From Phoronis australis (lineage: Eukaryota; Animalia; Phoronida): a DNA stretch of 64,000 nucleotides. Below the pieces are notes generated by a model. That model saw nothing but the letters and a program-made list of their open reading frames with translations, was not told where the DNA came from and searched no databases. A program made the translations under genes and the position numbers. The stretch spans positions 2,029,642 through 2,093,641 of the forward strand of contig NMRA01000007.1 of assembly GCA_002633005.1 (NCBI GenBank), in the 5' to 3' direction. Below are positions 1 to 21,790 of this stretch, piece after piece (the first letter of the stretch is position 1; each line of letters opens with the position of its first letter).

Positions 1-480
1 TTTAATCGGCTTTTTCTTGGCTTCGGTAAATCGACTTTATTCAAACTTAGGAACACAAGTTCTCAAAAACGGCTCAGCGGATTTCGCTGAAACTTTCCAA
101 ACTTAATATTTATTCATCAATTCTCAAAAACAATGTTAGGATTTTTTATCATTATTAGAGCCTAATTTTGGCGTAAAGTAACAAAAACAAATACGACTTC
201 TATTCTTTACAAAAATTAAGAAAGGTATATTCATACCAAAATAACACCACGGTCGATTTTAATGAAACCTTTTTTAAATGAAAACTTTACCAGTTGCCAC
301 AAAAACACTGTTAGGAATTTTGGATTAGTCTTTTAGTTTGGTTTCTATGACAAATCAACTCGCAAAACGCAAGGCATTTTTGCAAAAAATAGCAGTCGTA
401 TCCGTCTTTGTTACAATGCGCAAAAACTAGGCCTTTATATTGAAAATTCTAACAGCATTTTTGAGATTGGTAAAAATAGG
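1..480. repeat. Dispersed AT-rich repeat (probable non-autonomous DNA transposon) with internal inverted similarity
   Basis: About 255-480 aligns with about 56015-56240 (gattttaatgaaacctt...catttttgcaaaaaatagca...caaaaactaggc...atttttgaga); about 75-150 matches the reverse complement of about 56195-56275. Confidence 0.6.
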
Positions 481-2989
481 AGTGCGCACAGTGTAAAAAG
501 TACTGCTCGAAAAAAGTTTGATTATTGGAGCATTTTTTCGAGGAAGGAATTTAAGACACTGACGGCCTCCTAAGGTGGCACTCTGCGCAAAAGGTACTTA
601 TAACAGTCTGAATTTGGTGTTTTACTCAGTGTGAGGCATAATTGCCGAAAAGCTTATGGCATATGAAGCTCCTATAGGACCGCCGCTTAACCGTCTCTAC
701 GGCCAGTGGAGAAGCATTGCTTAGTAAGAGTCCAACAAACCATGAATGCTAATTTTTTCTCTTGTTTGCAGTTTGCCAAACAACTCCAGCGATTTTGCAC
801 AACATTTGTAATCAAGCACCAAAAATTGTGAATCACAGTTATTGATTCTGAATGCGACTGAGATGTGACTGGAGAACAGTCGAATTCGGAATTGTCGCTC
901 GACTAAACTAAACTTTCTAAAGCCCTGCTAAAGGCGCTTTTGTTTTTCTTACCAGTTGCTTACCAGTGAAATCAAACAAGCTGAATTTGGGCAGATAAAT
1001 ATACAATACTTACTGAGACAATTAGCGTCCATGAAGGTATTGACAGGTGCCTGAAAAAATGGATCTCCTAAGAAACATAGGAGCTGATCGAATACCCACT
1101 CTGACTTCGCCATTTTGCAGGAAAATGTTTACCTGAGGCTCCAAAAGAAAAATGTCGCTTATGTTTGATCACTTCCGGGGGAAAACTTACTCGCAAACTG
1201 AACCATATCTTATTTAATTTACAGATAAATAACATTATTTCAATTCTTTGCTCTAAATTTGTACAAAAATAATGTCATATAGCACTACATTTTGAGTTAA
1301 TTTTGTAACAACAGTTCAAGTGCGCTAGTAACTTTTTAGGATTTAGGACCACGTAACGTTACATTTTGATTAAAAATAATTAAAACAGAATTAGCCTAAA
1401 GTAATTAAATTAATGACGAAAAATATATTTAAAACATTGAAAACTTATTGATTTTCTATTGCTCTCTATAAATCTGTAAAAAATAAAATAATTAGAGGGG
1501 GGTGTGGTTTTCAATGGACGCCATGTAATGAGTTATAAAAGTGTACCGTACTGGAGTCGAGCACCATCTTCAGCACCTTCATGTGATTGGCCCAAATCTT
1601 GCGAGAAGTGGAAATTTGATGGCTACTTCAAATAACCGTTATAACGTAAAGAATTTCAGTCTCTTTCTTATATATTGGCGGAGTTTCCTTTAAACTTGAT
1701 GACGCACAAGTATAGAATTTATATTGGTTGTGAATATCTGCGCAATTAAAGTGGATGAAATTGATCACAGTGCCTTGAATGTTTCAAGAAAATTTCCGTG
1801 CTCTTTAGTTTCTGGAATTACGATTACGAAGTGCTCCATTTTGCCCAACTGNTGCCCTTAGTTCACAGTTTGTAAACCCAATATTAAAGCAATAAGTTCG
1901 AGTTTGAACTCGAAATTTCGAGTTTTTACTCGAGTTTGTAGCACGAATATAAGGGTCTTCAAGGGCAAACTTGAACTAGAAACTCCTATGCATAAACTAT
2001 AATGTATTCGAGCACAGTCTGATAACCAATTATCTTAAGTTCGCACAAAAGGAGCAGAGAAATTGCCAAAAATAGTTTCGAGTTCGTTTCGAGTACAAAG
2101 ATTAGAGACCGGGCCCTGTGGTGTCTTGTGATTTGTCACTTTTATGGTTCCCTGGATGTTTCTTTTATTTATACTGCTGGTGGAAGGCTGCTGGCAGTCT
2201 TTCAGCATGCAATTAGGCCGTCTGGGATGAGCGCTTTGGGTTTTACTTATAGTCTAGCTTGAGTAGCTGTGTTTTAACTGGTGAGTACTTACTAGTGAAT
2301 CTAGGAATACAACATTGTCCTGGTGACCTGTAGACAGTCTCGGACTACCGTTTTAGCTGGAGGTTTTCAAGGAATTATCCAACCCTCACACTGACTAAAA
2401 CATCAAAGTCATGTTATAAATACATTTTGTACATAGCAGGACACCTTAGGAATCTGCCGATGTCTTTAATTCCTTCCAACGCCACCTGTCGTGTGGAGTG
2501 ATAAAAATGGCCAGTTTACGATTTTGTGAACTGAACGAGGGACTGCTTGAAGAAAATTTGAAATTCTTTTCAGAGCACCACAATCCTGATGTGTCTTATC
2601 CTGGTCTCCCTCGTAGGCATCGTACTTAAAGTCCATTTCAAAGTCAAAAGAGGTATGCTGAGTTTTAACTATCTACTCTTTTTGATGAGACTCATTTCTT
2701 TTGCGCAGTTCTAAGTAAACTTGATTGCCTGCCCAGTGGGTGTATTCTTTTATGTCTTGGAATAAGTATGAATAGGGTGTTACCTACCATTCCCCTGGAC
2801 TGTTAAACCAAGACATTTCCAACATCATCTGATTTAGCATGACGTTCGATTAAACTTGACAAACAAGCCTATTGTGTTGGTTCACAATGAGTAGCAAGCG
2901 GCTCAGAGCAGTCACACAAAGAAATCAGCAGGTAAACATTAAGTCTAATTTCACTGAAATTCTACCATTTTTATCCGTTCGAAGTTTTT

Positions 2990-3270
2990 TTAGTGATAGT
3001 ATTTCGTACAAAACACATTTGTTGAATGTCGTTTGGAAATAGTACTTTTGAATATCGTGTAGGATCAGACGCACTGTTTACAACATAATTGCTGGATTCC
3101 GTGAGCTTATCAGATGAACACAGACATTGAGAGAGCTGGACTATGTAAACATTGGTTTGCCAACTTTCTCCCCTTGCTATCACTGTCAAACTAAAAGCAA
3201 CACGGCTGTATTCCACCTAGCCGATCAGTGAAATTGGGATACTCATCCCACAGCGTGGGTGCGTAACGGT
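2990..3270 (+). repeat. Dispersed repeat, copy 1
   Basis: ctgtttacaacataattgctggatt...gagagctggactatgtaaacattggtttgcca shared with about 19320-19530. Confidence 0.7.
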
Positions 3271-4663
3271 ATGGAAACTATTTTATTGCCGCTACGCTTA
3301 AATTCTAGCTGGCATAGAGCGGAATGGAATTCATATTGCAGGTTTGGCATTTGCTGGTCTGGGACTGGGGTTTAGGGATCGTAGCGGGAATTTCAAGGCA
3401 TGGCCATGTAATCGTTTGCACCACCTGGACATCGCCAAAAATTTATGTGTTGTTTTGCATATTGTACATGAGTTCTAATTCCTTTTTTGACAGTGGTATA
3501 ATTGTACTGTGCCACAAACTTGCTATTTTATGTTCTCGAGATTTTCCGGTTATTACAATCAGAAAAACTTGCATCTCATGGCTACATTTTATTAGATGGA
3601 TGTCAGTACTCACACTTCACACGCAATGACCTGTTCTTGCAATGATTTTTTGCAGAAATGTTTGCAGAATCTTGAAAGTTTATTATTGCATGAATGAACA
3701 CAAACATTGCCTGAATTATTGCTGTGTTCCCTTGAATTAAAATTTTGCAAAAAATTCCAGGAAAAATATTCAAAAACTAGTTGCATGAATAAGCCTGAAG
3801 TCACGCTTCTTATGGAAACTTGAAGCGTGTGATTTTTTAGCAAATTTGAACACTTGACACTCATGCCTTTCCCCTTGTAGAAATTTCTCTCCATTTAGTT
3901 GCCAGTATGGAAACTGTATGTCTTCACCAGATATCAGTTAGTGCAATGAGGAAGTGAATGCATTCAGTTATTATTGGTTATTGTGTCAAATTTGGTATAA
4001 ACCCACATTCTGTTAAAGACAGTAACTAGTTCCACTTTAAAACTCTTGGTTTGTTGCTTGTAAAGATGAAGATAAAAAGTGATTTCTGAGCTTGGAAACA
4101 AGCTATAGGTTATTGCTTGAGACAATGCTCAGCACACAAAATTATTTGCCATGACAACTGACAAGCCTACTTATTGAGTCTGATCTGGAGCAATATTAAG
4201 AACAAACTGTCAGCTCTTTCCAAGCTCAAAATACCACCTCTGAGAAACAAGTTGAGACCAATTTCATAATGGTAAGTGGTGTGAATCATAGCGGACTGAA
4301 CACTGGCTTATAACACCGTATCATTACCACAGTTTCATCAGCGAGTTGTTATTGTAGAGTCTCTGTTAGTCATATCATCTCTGGGTATCCAAGTGACCAC
4401 AACTTTCATGTCTGGGAGAAGACTTGTTCAATTCTACGACATGTCGCTCATCAAGGATCTCGTCATAAATGAAGGTATCACCATGGTATGTAAATAAAAG
4501 TCCTCGCTAGTAGTGTTCTTGTTCTTGGGAAAAGAGTGTTTTAATGACACCTCGACTGGTTGTTTTAAGGGGGAACGCAGCCGTTTTTGATGTTACGTTC
4601 ACTAAGTAAAAATGCAGATCCCTGGTTATCTCGGAGATGCATTTATTTTTCCATGTTGATTAC

Positions 4664-4726
4664 TGTACCCTGTACCCTGTACCCTGTACCCTGTACCCTG
4701 TACCCTGTACCCTGTACCCTGTACCC
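4664..4726. repeat. Perfect heptamer tandem repeat (TGTACCC)9
   Basis: Direct reading; explains the GTGYRVQ periodic ORF at 4626-4823. Confidence 0.95.
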
Positions 4727-6044
4727 TTGACATGGACTTACTATCTAAACAATAATGGAATGTGACATGAATAGCCCAACGGAAGGCTTGCACCTTCAGT
4801 CTGTATTCACTTCCATGGAGCAAACGGGATGTCCAACGTTGAACACTGTGTTTTTTTCAGCAGAAGTGAAACAATGCAGAACCAAGATGCAGGCTTTCTG
4901 TTGGGCCATTAACTTCACTTTTTATTATTCCTCATCAAGGGAAAATTTCTTTCCAGGATATTCACAGATCTGTATTTTTACTCAAGGTAACTTCAAAAAG
5001 GGTTGCTTTCCACTTTAGTTGATGTTATTCTACTTTAGAAATTATCAGCCCCCAACCGATTATCAGACCCCACCCCAATACTCACCATAAAAACTATATG
5101 CAAATAACGAAGTTAGGACTTTTGATAAAGCAACTGTCATTCTTGATTGCTATGTTCCGTCTTATTGTATATGACTACTGTTTACCTATTGGCTTTACTG
5201 AGCTGCATGTCTGTTGTGTTCAACAAGTGTCCTTAGTGGGTTGTTTTCAAATTGGTAGAATTCACGGACTGGAATAAAATATGACTTTATTTACAGCAAA
5301 GTGTCATATTTTATTTGGCGATACTGTTGAAGAAGAAAGAAGGCTACTCCATAGTGCCTTTATTTACAGTAAGTCAATACTTTGCTCATTTCTCCACACT
5401 TCTTGGTGGATATTGATTAGTAAAACTTGTGGCTATGTTGAGCGCACATTTGGTAATATGTGTACTGCCTTGAGACATCCTGCTTCGCACAATAGCTCGT
5501 GTCAAGTGGCACAAAAATTAGATTGTTAAATAATGCTATTCAACACTTCATTTTTTGCTGGTGTTATACAGTGGTTGGAACGGAGCCTATAGGTGTTATT
5601 TACCTTACTTTAAAGTTGGCCATCTCATACCCGCCTCTCAGACATTAAATTATGCTATCAGCAATCTTTGGTTCATGCGCGTCAGTCCAAATTTTGCACT
5701 TTTTCGCTACCTGCAAATACAATTTCCTGACTGCCAGATTCCTTCAGTAACAATTAATGGTAATACTTAAAAAAAAATTTTACCCTGTCTTGAAATAAAT
5801 GGTGATGTGTGAATTTCGACAAATTCTCTGAAAATTCTGGTGGTCACCTAGGCTTCTTACAGTCTTGTTTTTCATAATTTCATAATTATTTAGAAATGTT
5901 GAAGTCGTATTTGTTTGCTTTGTCAGATGAATCCAGTAAAAGACGTATGTCAAGATTTGTGACATATCAAAAAGTATAATTACAATCTCTTTGTCATTTT
6001 AGCATTCGTGGCCACGGTTAAAAGTTCTGCAGCGGATATACCAG

Positions 6045-6154
6045 GGTGCTCAAGAGATCCTGAAGAGGTCATGACACTCACTGTGAAAGTTGCAAGGTGC
6101 TCAAGAGATCCTGAAGAGGTCATGACCCTCACTGTGAAAGTTACAAGGTGCTCA
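6045..6154. repeat. 51-bp tandem duplication (about 2.2 copies)
   Basis: ggtgctcaagagatcctgaagaggtcatgac... starts at 6045, 6096 and 6147. Confidence 0.9.
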
Positions 6155-6829
6155 TGAAGTGAACAAGTCTCTGCTGACTATGTGATTTATTGTAACTTCC
6201 TTTAAGATTATTCCCAGCGTTAAGATGGTGCTTGATGCCCACCGCAACAGTTCCTATGTTATTATTTTCTACAGACAAACAGTTTGACCTTTTTAAGGGT
6301 TAGCTTTCAATTTATGTTCCATGCTCACAAGACTAAGCTGATGTCTTGTTTGAGTTGTCCATGATGTCCTGTCAGGATGCCCTGCCGAAAGTAGGTGTTA
6401 TGAGATATTGAAATGTGGTTGATATTGTTTTTTTTGGAAGCATAATCTTACTATACATAAGGTTTATGTATAGGCGTACTTGAATAATTGTCTTTGGTTT
6501 CACTGTTGTCTTCAGCAAGCCCCTTTTTGTCACTAAGCTGTTGTGACAGTCATGGTTTTTTGTCCATTGTATGTCTACCCGAATGTTAATTTTGTACAGT
6601 TCGTTCTACATTTTGGACACAAGTGACTGTGCTTAACCAAGTTTCATAGTATATTTGAATTTCAGTGGCATGTTCCTGTTCTCATATGTACAACATGTTT
6701 ATGTTTTCGGTTCGTGCTTCTGAAGTATGTTGATCTGTATAAAATTTGAAATTTTAAAAGAGCTGTTAGGATGTAATAACAAATTTTAGTTACAAAATCA
6801 CAGTTGGTAGCATCTTATTGCCAAAACCT

Positions 6830-6920
6830 TAGACTTTTCGGTTGTCAGTCCAGCTCACTCACCACTAGACCACAGAGGCATCTAGGGGTGAGAATCGTGG
6901 ACTGACAACCAGAAAGTTTA
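6830..6920. repeat. Short palindromic element (hairpin/mini-MITE)
   Basis: acttttcggttgtcagtcca...ctcaccactaga versus tctaggggtgag...tggactgacaaccagaaagt. Confidence 0.7.
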
Positions 6921-8244
6921 CAATTCAAATTGTGGCCACTGTGGTAGTCTTCTTCTTCATTCTCATTGATGTCACCACCTTCATAATCAGTTTCTCCTAG
7001 TATTGCTTTGTGATTCCTAGACCGTTAACAAGGATATATGCGTGCTCCTAACAGTGTCAAGGTAAAGCAGGAACTAAACAGTAATGCCGTTATAACGTAA
7101 CTAAGCTCTAGTTGTATACTTTTCATGAATAATTTGTAAGTCTGGAGATAAGGTATGCTGCAAGTGGGCGACTTTTATGGTAATGTCTCGAATGTTATTC
7201 CCGAGCACCACGTTATGGTAGGTACTGCATGGATACTGGTCAATGATTCGTTTATATCAGTGGCAATTTGATGTCCAAATCATCAGATTTTAGCGATTAG
7301 GAAGCAAATTCCTCTTTGAGATATGGCACTGTAGACATCATCATCGTCAGTAGTCTTTTATTCTAACCATCCGTCGTCAACTTGCCATATTCCCTTGTCA
7401 ACTTTTGCCAAGTTTCTCTCCTCAAGAATGGGTTTAGTTTGTCTTCTTCTAATGAACTATGTAACTTTAAATGTTTTTGTACTTTTGTAACTAATTAAAT
7501 TGTATTGACTCTGTTGGTATTTTTGCACACAGGTGCATGGCTGATTTGGGGAAAACATGTTGTCAACTTTACTTCAATTCACATTACCTCATAATGGCAG
7601 GCATCTTGTTGTTTTTAGCTATTAGCAATCAGAGGACTGAGTTATCAGTGGTCATGAAATGAATAATAAAAGACAATACATCATGATTTTGCCCCCTAAT
7701 GCCATTGTAATGTTGTTTGTATGTGCTTTTGTATTGCAAGTTGTCTTCTGAAACATTTTTGGTAAATATTGTACAATAGGAATACTTTCATTGTGTGCCT
7801 GATCAAATTGTTACTGCAACTGTTTCTGATCACGTTGATAAAGTGTACGACGTAGGTTTTATGGACTGAGGTCAAAATGCTTGTTTGATATTTTTACATA
7901 TCTGATAATCTTAAGTGGTGTATTTTGTGCCAATGGAGATTTGTTCCACGTTTGTCCATTGGGGTTGGAGTGTTTGAACAAGAGAGCATTATACAAGTAA
8001 ACATGCTGTGCAGTCATGTTTTATATCATTCATAGTGGTAAACATCTTCAATTTAGGTATTAAAGTAATTGCTAAAACTGACATTCTTTAAATTTTAAAA
8101 ACTTCCTGCGAATGATCAAATTTCATGAAATGTTTTGTGACTGTGGTAAAGGGTACAAACCATGCTATTAAAAATGGATTTTTTTGCAAGAGAAATTTAA
8201 CAAAATGAAGTTCAGCTATCCAACACATTGTTTCTCAGGCTGAA

Positions 8245-8250
8245 TTTATT
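8245..8250 (-). terminator. Candidate SRP54 polyadenylation signal AATAAA
   Basis: tttatt on the + strand about 550 nt downstream of the stop codon; positional argument only. Confidence 0.35.
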
Positions 8251-8803
8251 ACCATAATAACCACTGGTCGAGTTGTTTGCTGTGCTGCCCATATTGTGTC
8301 ATAACATATGATAAACTAGTAATGTTTAACAAAAATTCATGAAAATGACTGTCAAATGATAGTGTTACTTCAAGCTTCCAAAAATTGCAGGATATTATGC
8401 ATTGTCCTACAGGAAGATAAAAACAAGTCTCAGTGAGTTAAAGATGGCTGGTTTAATGATTTCAAAAGCCGGTGAAGTGAAGATAGCAAATGGCATTGTT
8501 TAAATATGTACTTAACATAACTGAAATACTGTTGATCAATACATAAAGAACAACATACAGTTCCATCGCTTCGTTTGCACAACTGTACCCATCACCAAAG
8601 ATTACGGTTTTACGGGGAACCGACTTTGTAGGCTGATGGTAACTGCAAGGTGACATAATAACATTCCCTCTTCCATCTAAAAATAGAAAGGTCCCAGTCC
8701 AAGATATGGAAGGATCAAAGGAAGGGTTTCTCCGCCAGTTGGTCCAACTTGTCTCTAAAGTTCAATTCCTCTGAAACCCGCTACAGGTCTGCGTTGACAT
8801 CCG

Positions 8804-17165
<8,362 letters not shown>

Positions 17166-17492
17166 TCACTGAAAGTTTTAAAGTAGCTACAGGTGTGCAA
17201 ACTCCTCAAAGAGGGCCGACGTTACGCCTAAACCTCTAACGTCTGCCACTGGCACTTGGCCCGACAGCGTTTACTTTCACAAAATCCACGTCTCACGATT
17301 CCAAGTCCAAGACGACCATCTGTTGACAAAAAATGGGTTATTCTTCGACTCAACAATCAAATATCTACACGCATAGTGCTGAAAAATTGGTATTTAACAT
17401 ATGCAAAGTCTCTTAGATATGTGTAGGCACTCAGTTAGAAGAAATCGAAGAAAATTTTAGACAAGCTCAAGAAACTGTGCAACACGACTTCA

Positions 17493-17517
17493 ACTTCCGC
17501 TTTCAAGTCTCGCGAGA
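17493..17517. promoter_or_regulatory. Putative SRP54 promoter motifs: ETS-like ACTTCCG and palindromic TCTCGCGAGA
   Basis: ACTTCCG at 17493-17499 and TCTCGCGAGA at 17508-17517, about 340 nt upstream of the ATG; both are well-known housekeeping-promoter motifs. Confidence 0.55.
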
Positions 17518-17625
17518 AAATACGTGATCAGAGTACTGCATTAAAGGCTCGCTGGTTCCCTGCTTGTTCGTTAGGTAGTGGTGTTCACGCAGGGAACCAG
17601 CGAGCGTTAGAGGTTCTCTGGCGTC

Positions 17626-18686
17626 GGTTGTGAAACAGTCCCAAATAGGGACTCAACTAAGGTCCCTAAGTCTTTTTGCGTATTTGTGTCTGTATGGACT
17701 CACAGATGCAATATTTTTGTATCATTCATCTTCATTATGAGCTCCTCTTTGATTAAAGACATTTTCTAGTAATATAAATAATAAATAAAAACTGAGCCCA
17801 GAGTAAGTAGGGAGTCGGTCCTTAAATTGGGGATGTGGAAAAGATCCCTACTTATTTTCGATAGTTCACTCTCGATTTGTATCAAAAACAAAAGTTAACT
17901 CAGTAGTCCTAATGAAACTAAATTGACAATACAAGAAAGGGAAATCGATGTTTTCATAAGTCAAAAAATACGCAGTAGCTTTAGGGAACTTCAGGAGTTG
18001 CAGTGGTGGATCTAGGATATCATAAGGGGGGGCAACACTTTGTCTGTAAACAAAATGCGAAAATCACGACTGTAGATGCGCATAGCAAGCATTTTCTTTG
18101 ATTCCTGGAGTATTATCCAAGAAAACAGAAGAAAAAAAAGCCGGAGAACGTGTCAAACTGGAAATTAAAACTACAATTACCAGACTCGAACTCACGACCC
18201 ACCTTATAGAGCGCACGTGCTTTTCCACTGCACCACCACGATTTCACTTGAAATTTGATACCAAGAGACCTACTTTTTATGGTCCACAGCGTTTGCGCGT
18301 GAAACCTGCTTCTTTTTGTTGTATTTAAATAGTCTTCAATTGCCCAAAAAAACTAAATCTGTTTTGTGTTAGCATTAACGATGCGACTGCTTCGGAAATC
18401 GTCTTAAGCTTAAGGTTTGACAAAAAGAGAATTATGAGTTTCTAAGTGATTCACTAAGGCTTCGATTAAAATTCACATCTTACCAGCAGCTTCTGTTTTT
18501 TTCATCGTCAGTCAGATTCCGTTTTCTTTAAAAAAATGAGTGCCCAGCGCCAACCCCCCACCCCCTCCCCCCNTCCCTACGCTCTTGCTATTTTATTTTT
18601 GCGGCACTCAAGGGGGGGCGGGCCCCCTGCCCCCCCCCCTAAATCCGACTATGAGTTGAGTCCCTATTTGGGACTGTCATGCAACC
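17626..18686. mobile_element. TIR element (MITE) with a second element nested in its right arm
   Basis: Left cggttgtgaaacagtcccaaatagggactcaact and right agttgagtccctatttgggactgtcatgcaaccg are inverted repeats; no clear TSD. Confidence 0.7.
18001..18653. mobile_element. Nested non-autonomous DNA transposon (CAGTGGxGGAT...ATCCGxCxxTG family)
   Basis: Ends cagtggtggatctagg / cctaaatccgactatg, flanked on both sides by AGTTG. Confidence 0.7.
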
Positions 18687-19319
18687 GGGCACTGTGACCC
18701 AACGTAGTCTCGGCGCACTCATCCAGCCTCTGTCAGCATTAGAGTCTGGTCACTCACTGCAAGGAAGGACGATGTCAAACTGTGTAAATCGGAAAAGCAT
18801 ACTTTAACAACAGTTAACTGGCATAAGCGGAGTCGCATAAATTAGTAAAATTCTATGGTCTGTTACACCTTTCGCGGGACAGATTTCCAGCATCGTATGG
18901 ATGCCGATTTCCGTGTCAGCCCTCAGAGTCTCACTAGGAAAGCGGTAAACTCAATGAGGCTGATCCATTGTTTGAGTTGACGCACCGCGGGCTTGATTGA
19001 AGCAGTGCTCTCTAACCTTAATTTTTTTACGTGGTATGGATTATCTCAACAAAGACTCATTAGGTACCATTCTCCTGGAGCGTAAAAATCAAGAAACTTC
19101 CACTATCACGATCTAATCTAGAATCACGCTCGATTAAACTTGTCAAGCACGCCTTTTGTGCTGGTACACAATATGTGCTGAGCTTAAGCTGGTTAGAGCT
19201 TTACTACAGTCACACAAAGGAATCAACTTGTAGAAGTTTCTTTGAAAGTCGACCATTTTTTTATTTGGAGCTTTTTGGCGAAAGCGTTTAATAGAAAAAA
19301 CACCTGTTTAACGACATTT

Positions 19320-19532
19320 GTTGAAAGTCGTTTGCAAATAGTATTTTTAGATGTGGGTTAGCGTCAGGCGCGCTGTTTACAACATAATTGCTGGATTACG
19401 TGAGCTTCAGACGAAAGCAGACAATAAGAGAGCTGGACTATGTAAACATTGGTTTGCCACAATGACGGCTCTGTTGCGACTCAGTGGCCATCAGTCAATC
19501 GGGATGCTCATTCCACTGCGCGGTGTATAACG
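19320..19532 (+). repeat. Dispersed repeat, copy 2
   Basis: Same sequence blocks as 2990-3270. Confidence 0.7.
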
Positions 19533-19556
19533 TAGTCAGTTACAGATCTACGTTTT

Positions 19557-19734
19557 CAGTAGGGGGGTTAGGATTCGAGTGAATTCGAGGCGATTGCCGA
19601 GCGGAAGGAAGGTCGGGAGGGGGTTTTTAGTAGCTGATTTCGTTTTTCTGGCGAAATTTATTTCAATTTTTATTTTTGATCCTGTCCCGAGAGGGGTTTT
19701 GAACCCCCTGAACCCCCCGGTAGGTCCGCCTCTG
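19557..19734. mobile_element. MITE, CAG..CTG family, degenerate
   Basis: cagtaggggggttagg...aaccccccggtaggtccgcctctg. Confidence 0.5.
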
Positions 19735-21023
19735 GTAGTACAAGTGCTAGGTACCGATAGACATTAGATGAAGATTATTTACAGACTGTTAGAAAAAGGT
19801 ATATAAACAACTTCGTTAGTAAAAAAACTCAGGTGTAATTTAACGTAGAAGATTGAAACTGAAATTTCGGAGAATTATGCACGATATCTTTCAGCAAGAA
19901 AATTTATCATAGTTGGGTCTTCAATTCTAAAGCAGGTGACTGACTATTAACGAAATCACAGTAACTTTAAATGATATCTGAATTTTGTCGGTCTTGAGTT
20001 GCTGATTGCTCGGATCGGCGCGTTTCCTGACTTCATTAGTTTGAGGATCCCCACACCTACAGACGCTAAAAACTTCACTTGGCTGGATTTTCAGAAGGCT
20101 TAATTTGGGGGTAAGGGGCTGTAACTTTAGAAAATAGTCCCTATCACAACCGTGCTGCTGTTGATTTTCATATCTCAAATGTTAACCTAGAAGGAGCAGT
20201 GTGCTTTGCATGGCAGGGCAATATTTCGCGAAGATTCAAGTTGCGCGTTAGGGCTTTCGCGAGTGTATTGCGTCCGTCTAGAGAATGGAAACATAGTACG
20301 TGCGAAGAAAAAAATAATAAAAACATCATACCTGTTTCATAGAACACAAATACCGGGCACTGAAGAATGTTCCCCTTCTTAACTGAGGGTGTCGGGGTGT
20401 CGGACACTGGGTACGGTCAATGTGAGGCATACCACCTGGGAAATGAACCATTTAACGGAGAGTGGACTCAAAAAGGGGACCCATTTGTAGGGAGCTTAAA
20501 TGAAAAAGTCATCCTTACCCTTCGTGGAGTTTTGTTTAAACAAAAAACAAAATGTTTCACATAGATTCTTGGAAGCTTTGAATTCTTTTCAATTTTTATA
20601 GTATCCACAATACAGCTTGACATTGCGGCCACGCTGTTAAAGTACTGCGTACTTTTAAAAGCTGAGGCGCCTATAGTCGAACTTTTCCCAAAATTATTGA
20701 ATTTACTACAAACATTGTTTCATTCGTTGAAATTGTTGAAATTGCACAAGAATACTCTACCAGATGTAACAAGAATCAAAGACATGATTTTGCTGAAAGA
20801 AATCGTGAAAGTTGTCATTGTGTGAGAGTGTTATGCGAGCCTGCTTTAAAAATCGCACGATTCTACGAGCCAAATAACTGGGAATATTTCAAAAAAATAA
20901 ATAGGGTGCGCTTATTTCCAAAGAATCATTTTCAAGTATGGTTTTATTACTGTTCGCACATTGGCGCATGTGCCTAATTCAGGAAAAATACGGGGCTTCA
21001 AACAGCCAAGAGGCTCATGGGCC

Positions 21024-21166
21024 CAGGGGCGGATCCAGGATTTTGAATTAGGGGTTGCCAGGGCAAGATTTTGCCCGTCAAACAAACACCTCCAAACTGG
21101 AAAATGGAACCTGCGAGAATTTTAAGGGGGGCATGGCCCCATTGCCCCCCCCTAAATCCGCCACTG
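21024..21166 (+). mobile_element. MITE, CAG..CTG family
   Basis: caggggcggatccagg...cctaaatccgccactg; flanks gggcc/gagcc. Confidence 0.75.
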
Positions 21167-21790
21167 GAGCCTTAAAATAGGAGCACAGTTTATGGTACAT
21201 TGTCACAATACCAGTGCTAAGCTCGTTTACACTTGAGTCCAGGGCGAACTGGCATGTCGTTATTGCTCGAGATCGAGGCTTTGCAAGTTGGGTTGTCACG
21301 GCGTGTCATTTTATTCGCTGGCTATAGTCTCGAAAAAATACTAAACAAACTATCAGTTCTTTGCAAGACCAATGGAACAAGTTGAGAATAATTTTATAGT
21401 GGTAATTGGTCTAAATCAAAATTTTGTTTTTCTGACGGAACGTGGGTTTATAGCCGCTTTAAGTAGGACTCTAGCCAAAAATTTTAAATTTGGCTAACTT
21501 CGGAAAATCATTTCACAAAAATGGCTGATCGGATTCGTTTGAAATTTTCAGTTACTGTACTCTATGCAATGTTCGTCAAAACGCTCTAGAAATTGTTTTC
21601 AAAATATCTCACTTTTGCATGAAAATTGTTTTCAAAATATCTCACTACTAGAAGTATAACATTGATGATTTTCATGGAAAAAAAATAGAATTATAATAAA
21701 ACGAAAAAGAAACTATAATCTAGGAAACTGTAACAGCTTTTTGAAATTTTATTTGGAACAATTAAAAACAAACTTTGGTCATGTTATCGA

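Noticed and set aside
4626-4823. ORF with GTGYRVQ repeats, and a possible telomere-like repeat
   Set aside because: Simply the translation of the (TGTACCC)9 microsatellite; it is not TTAGGG and is interstitial.
2971-5965. Short ORFs of 60-100 aa (and similar ones throughout the introns)
   Set aside because: No recognisable motifs, frequent non-ATG starts and no consistent splice structure; expected by chance.
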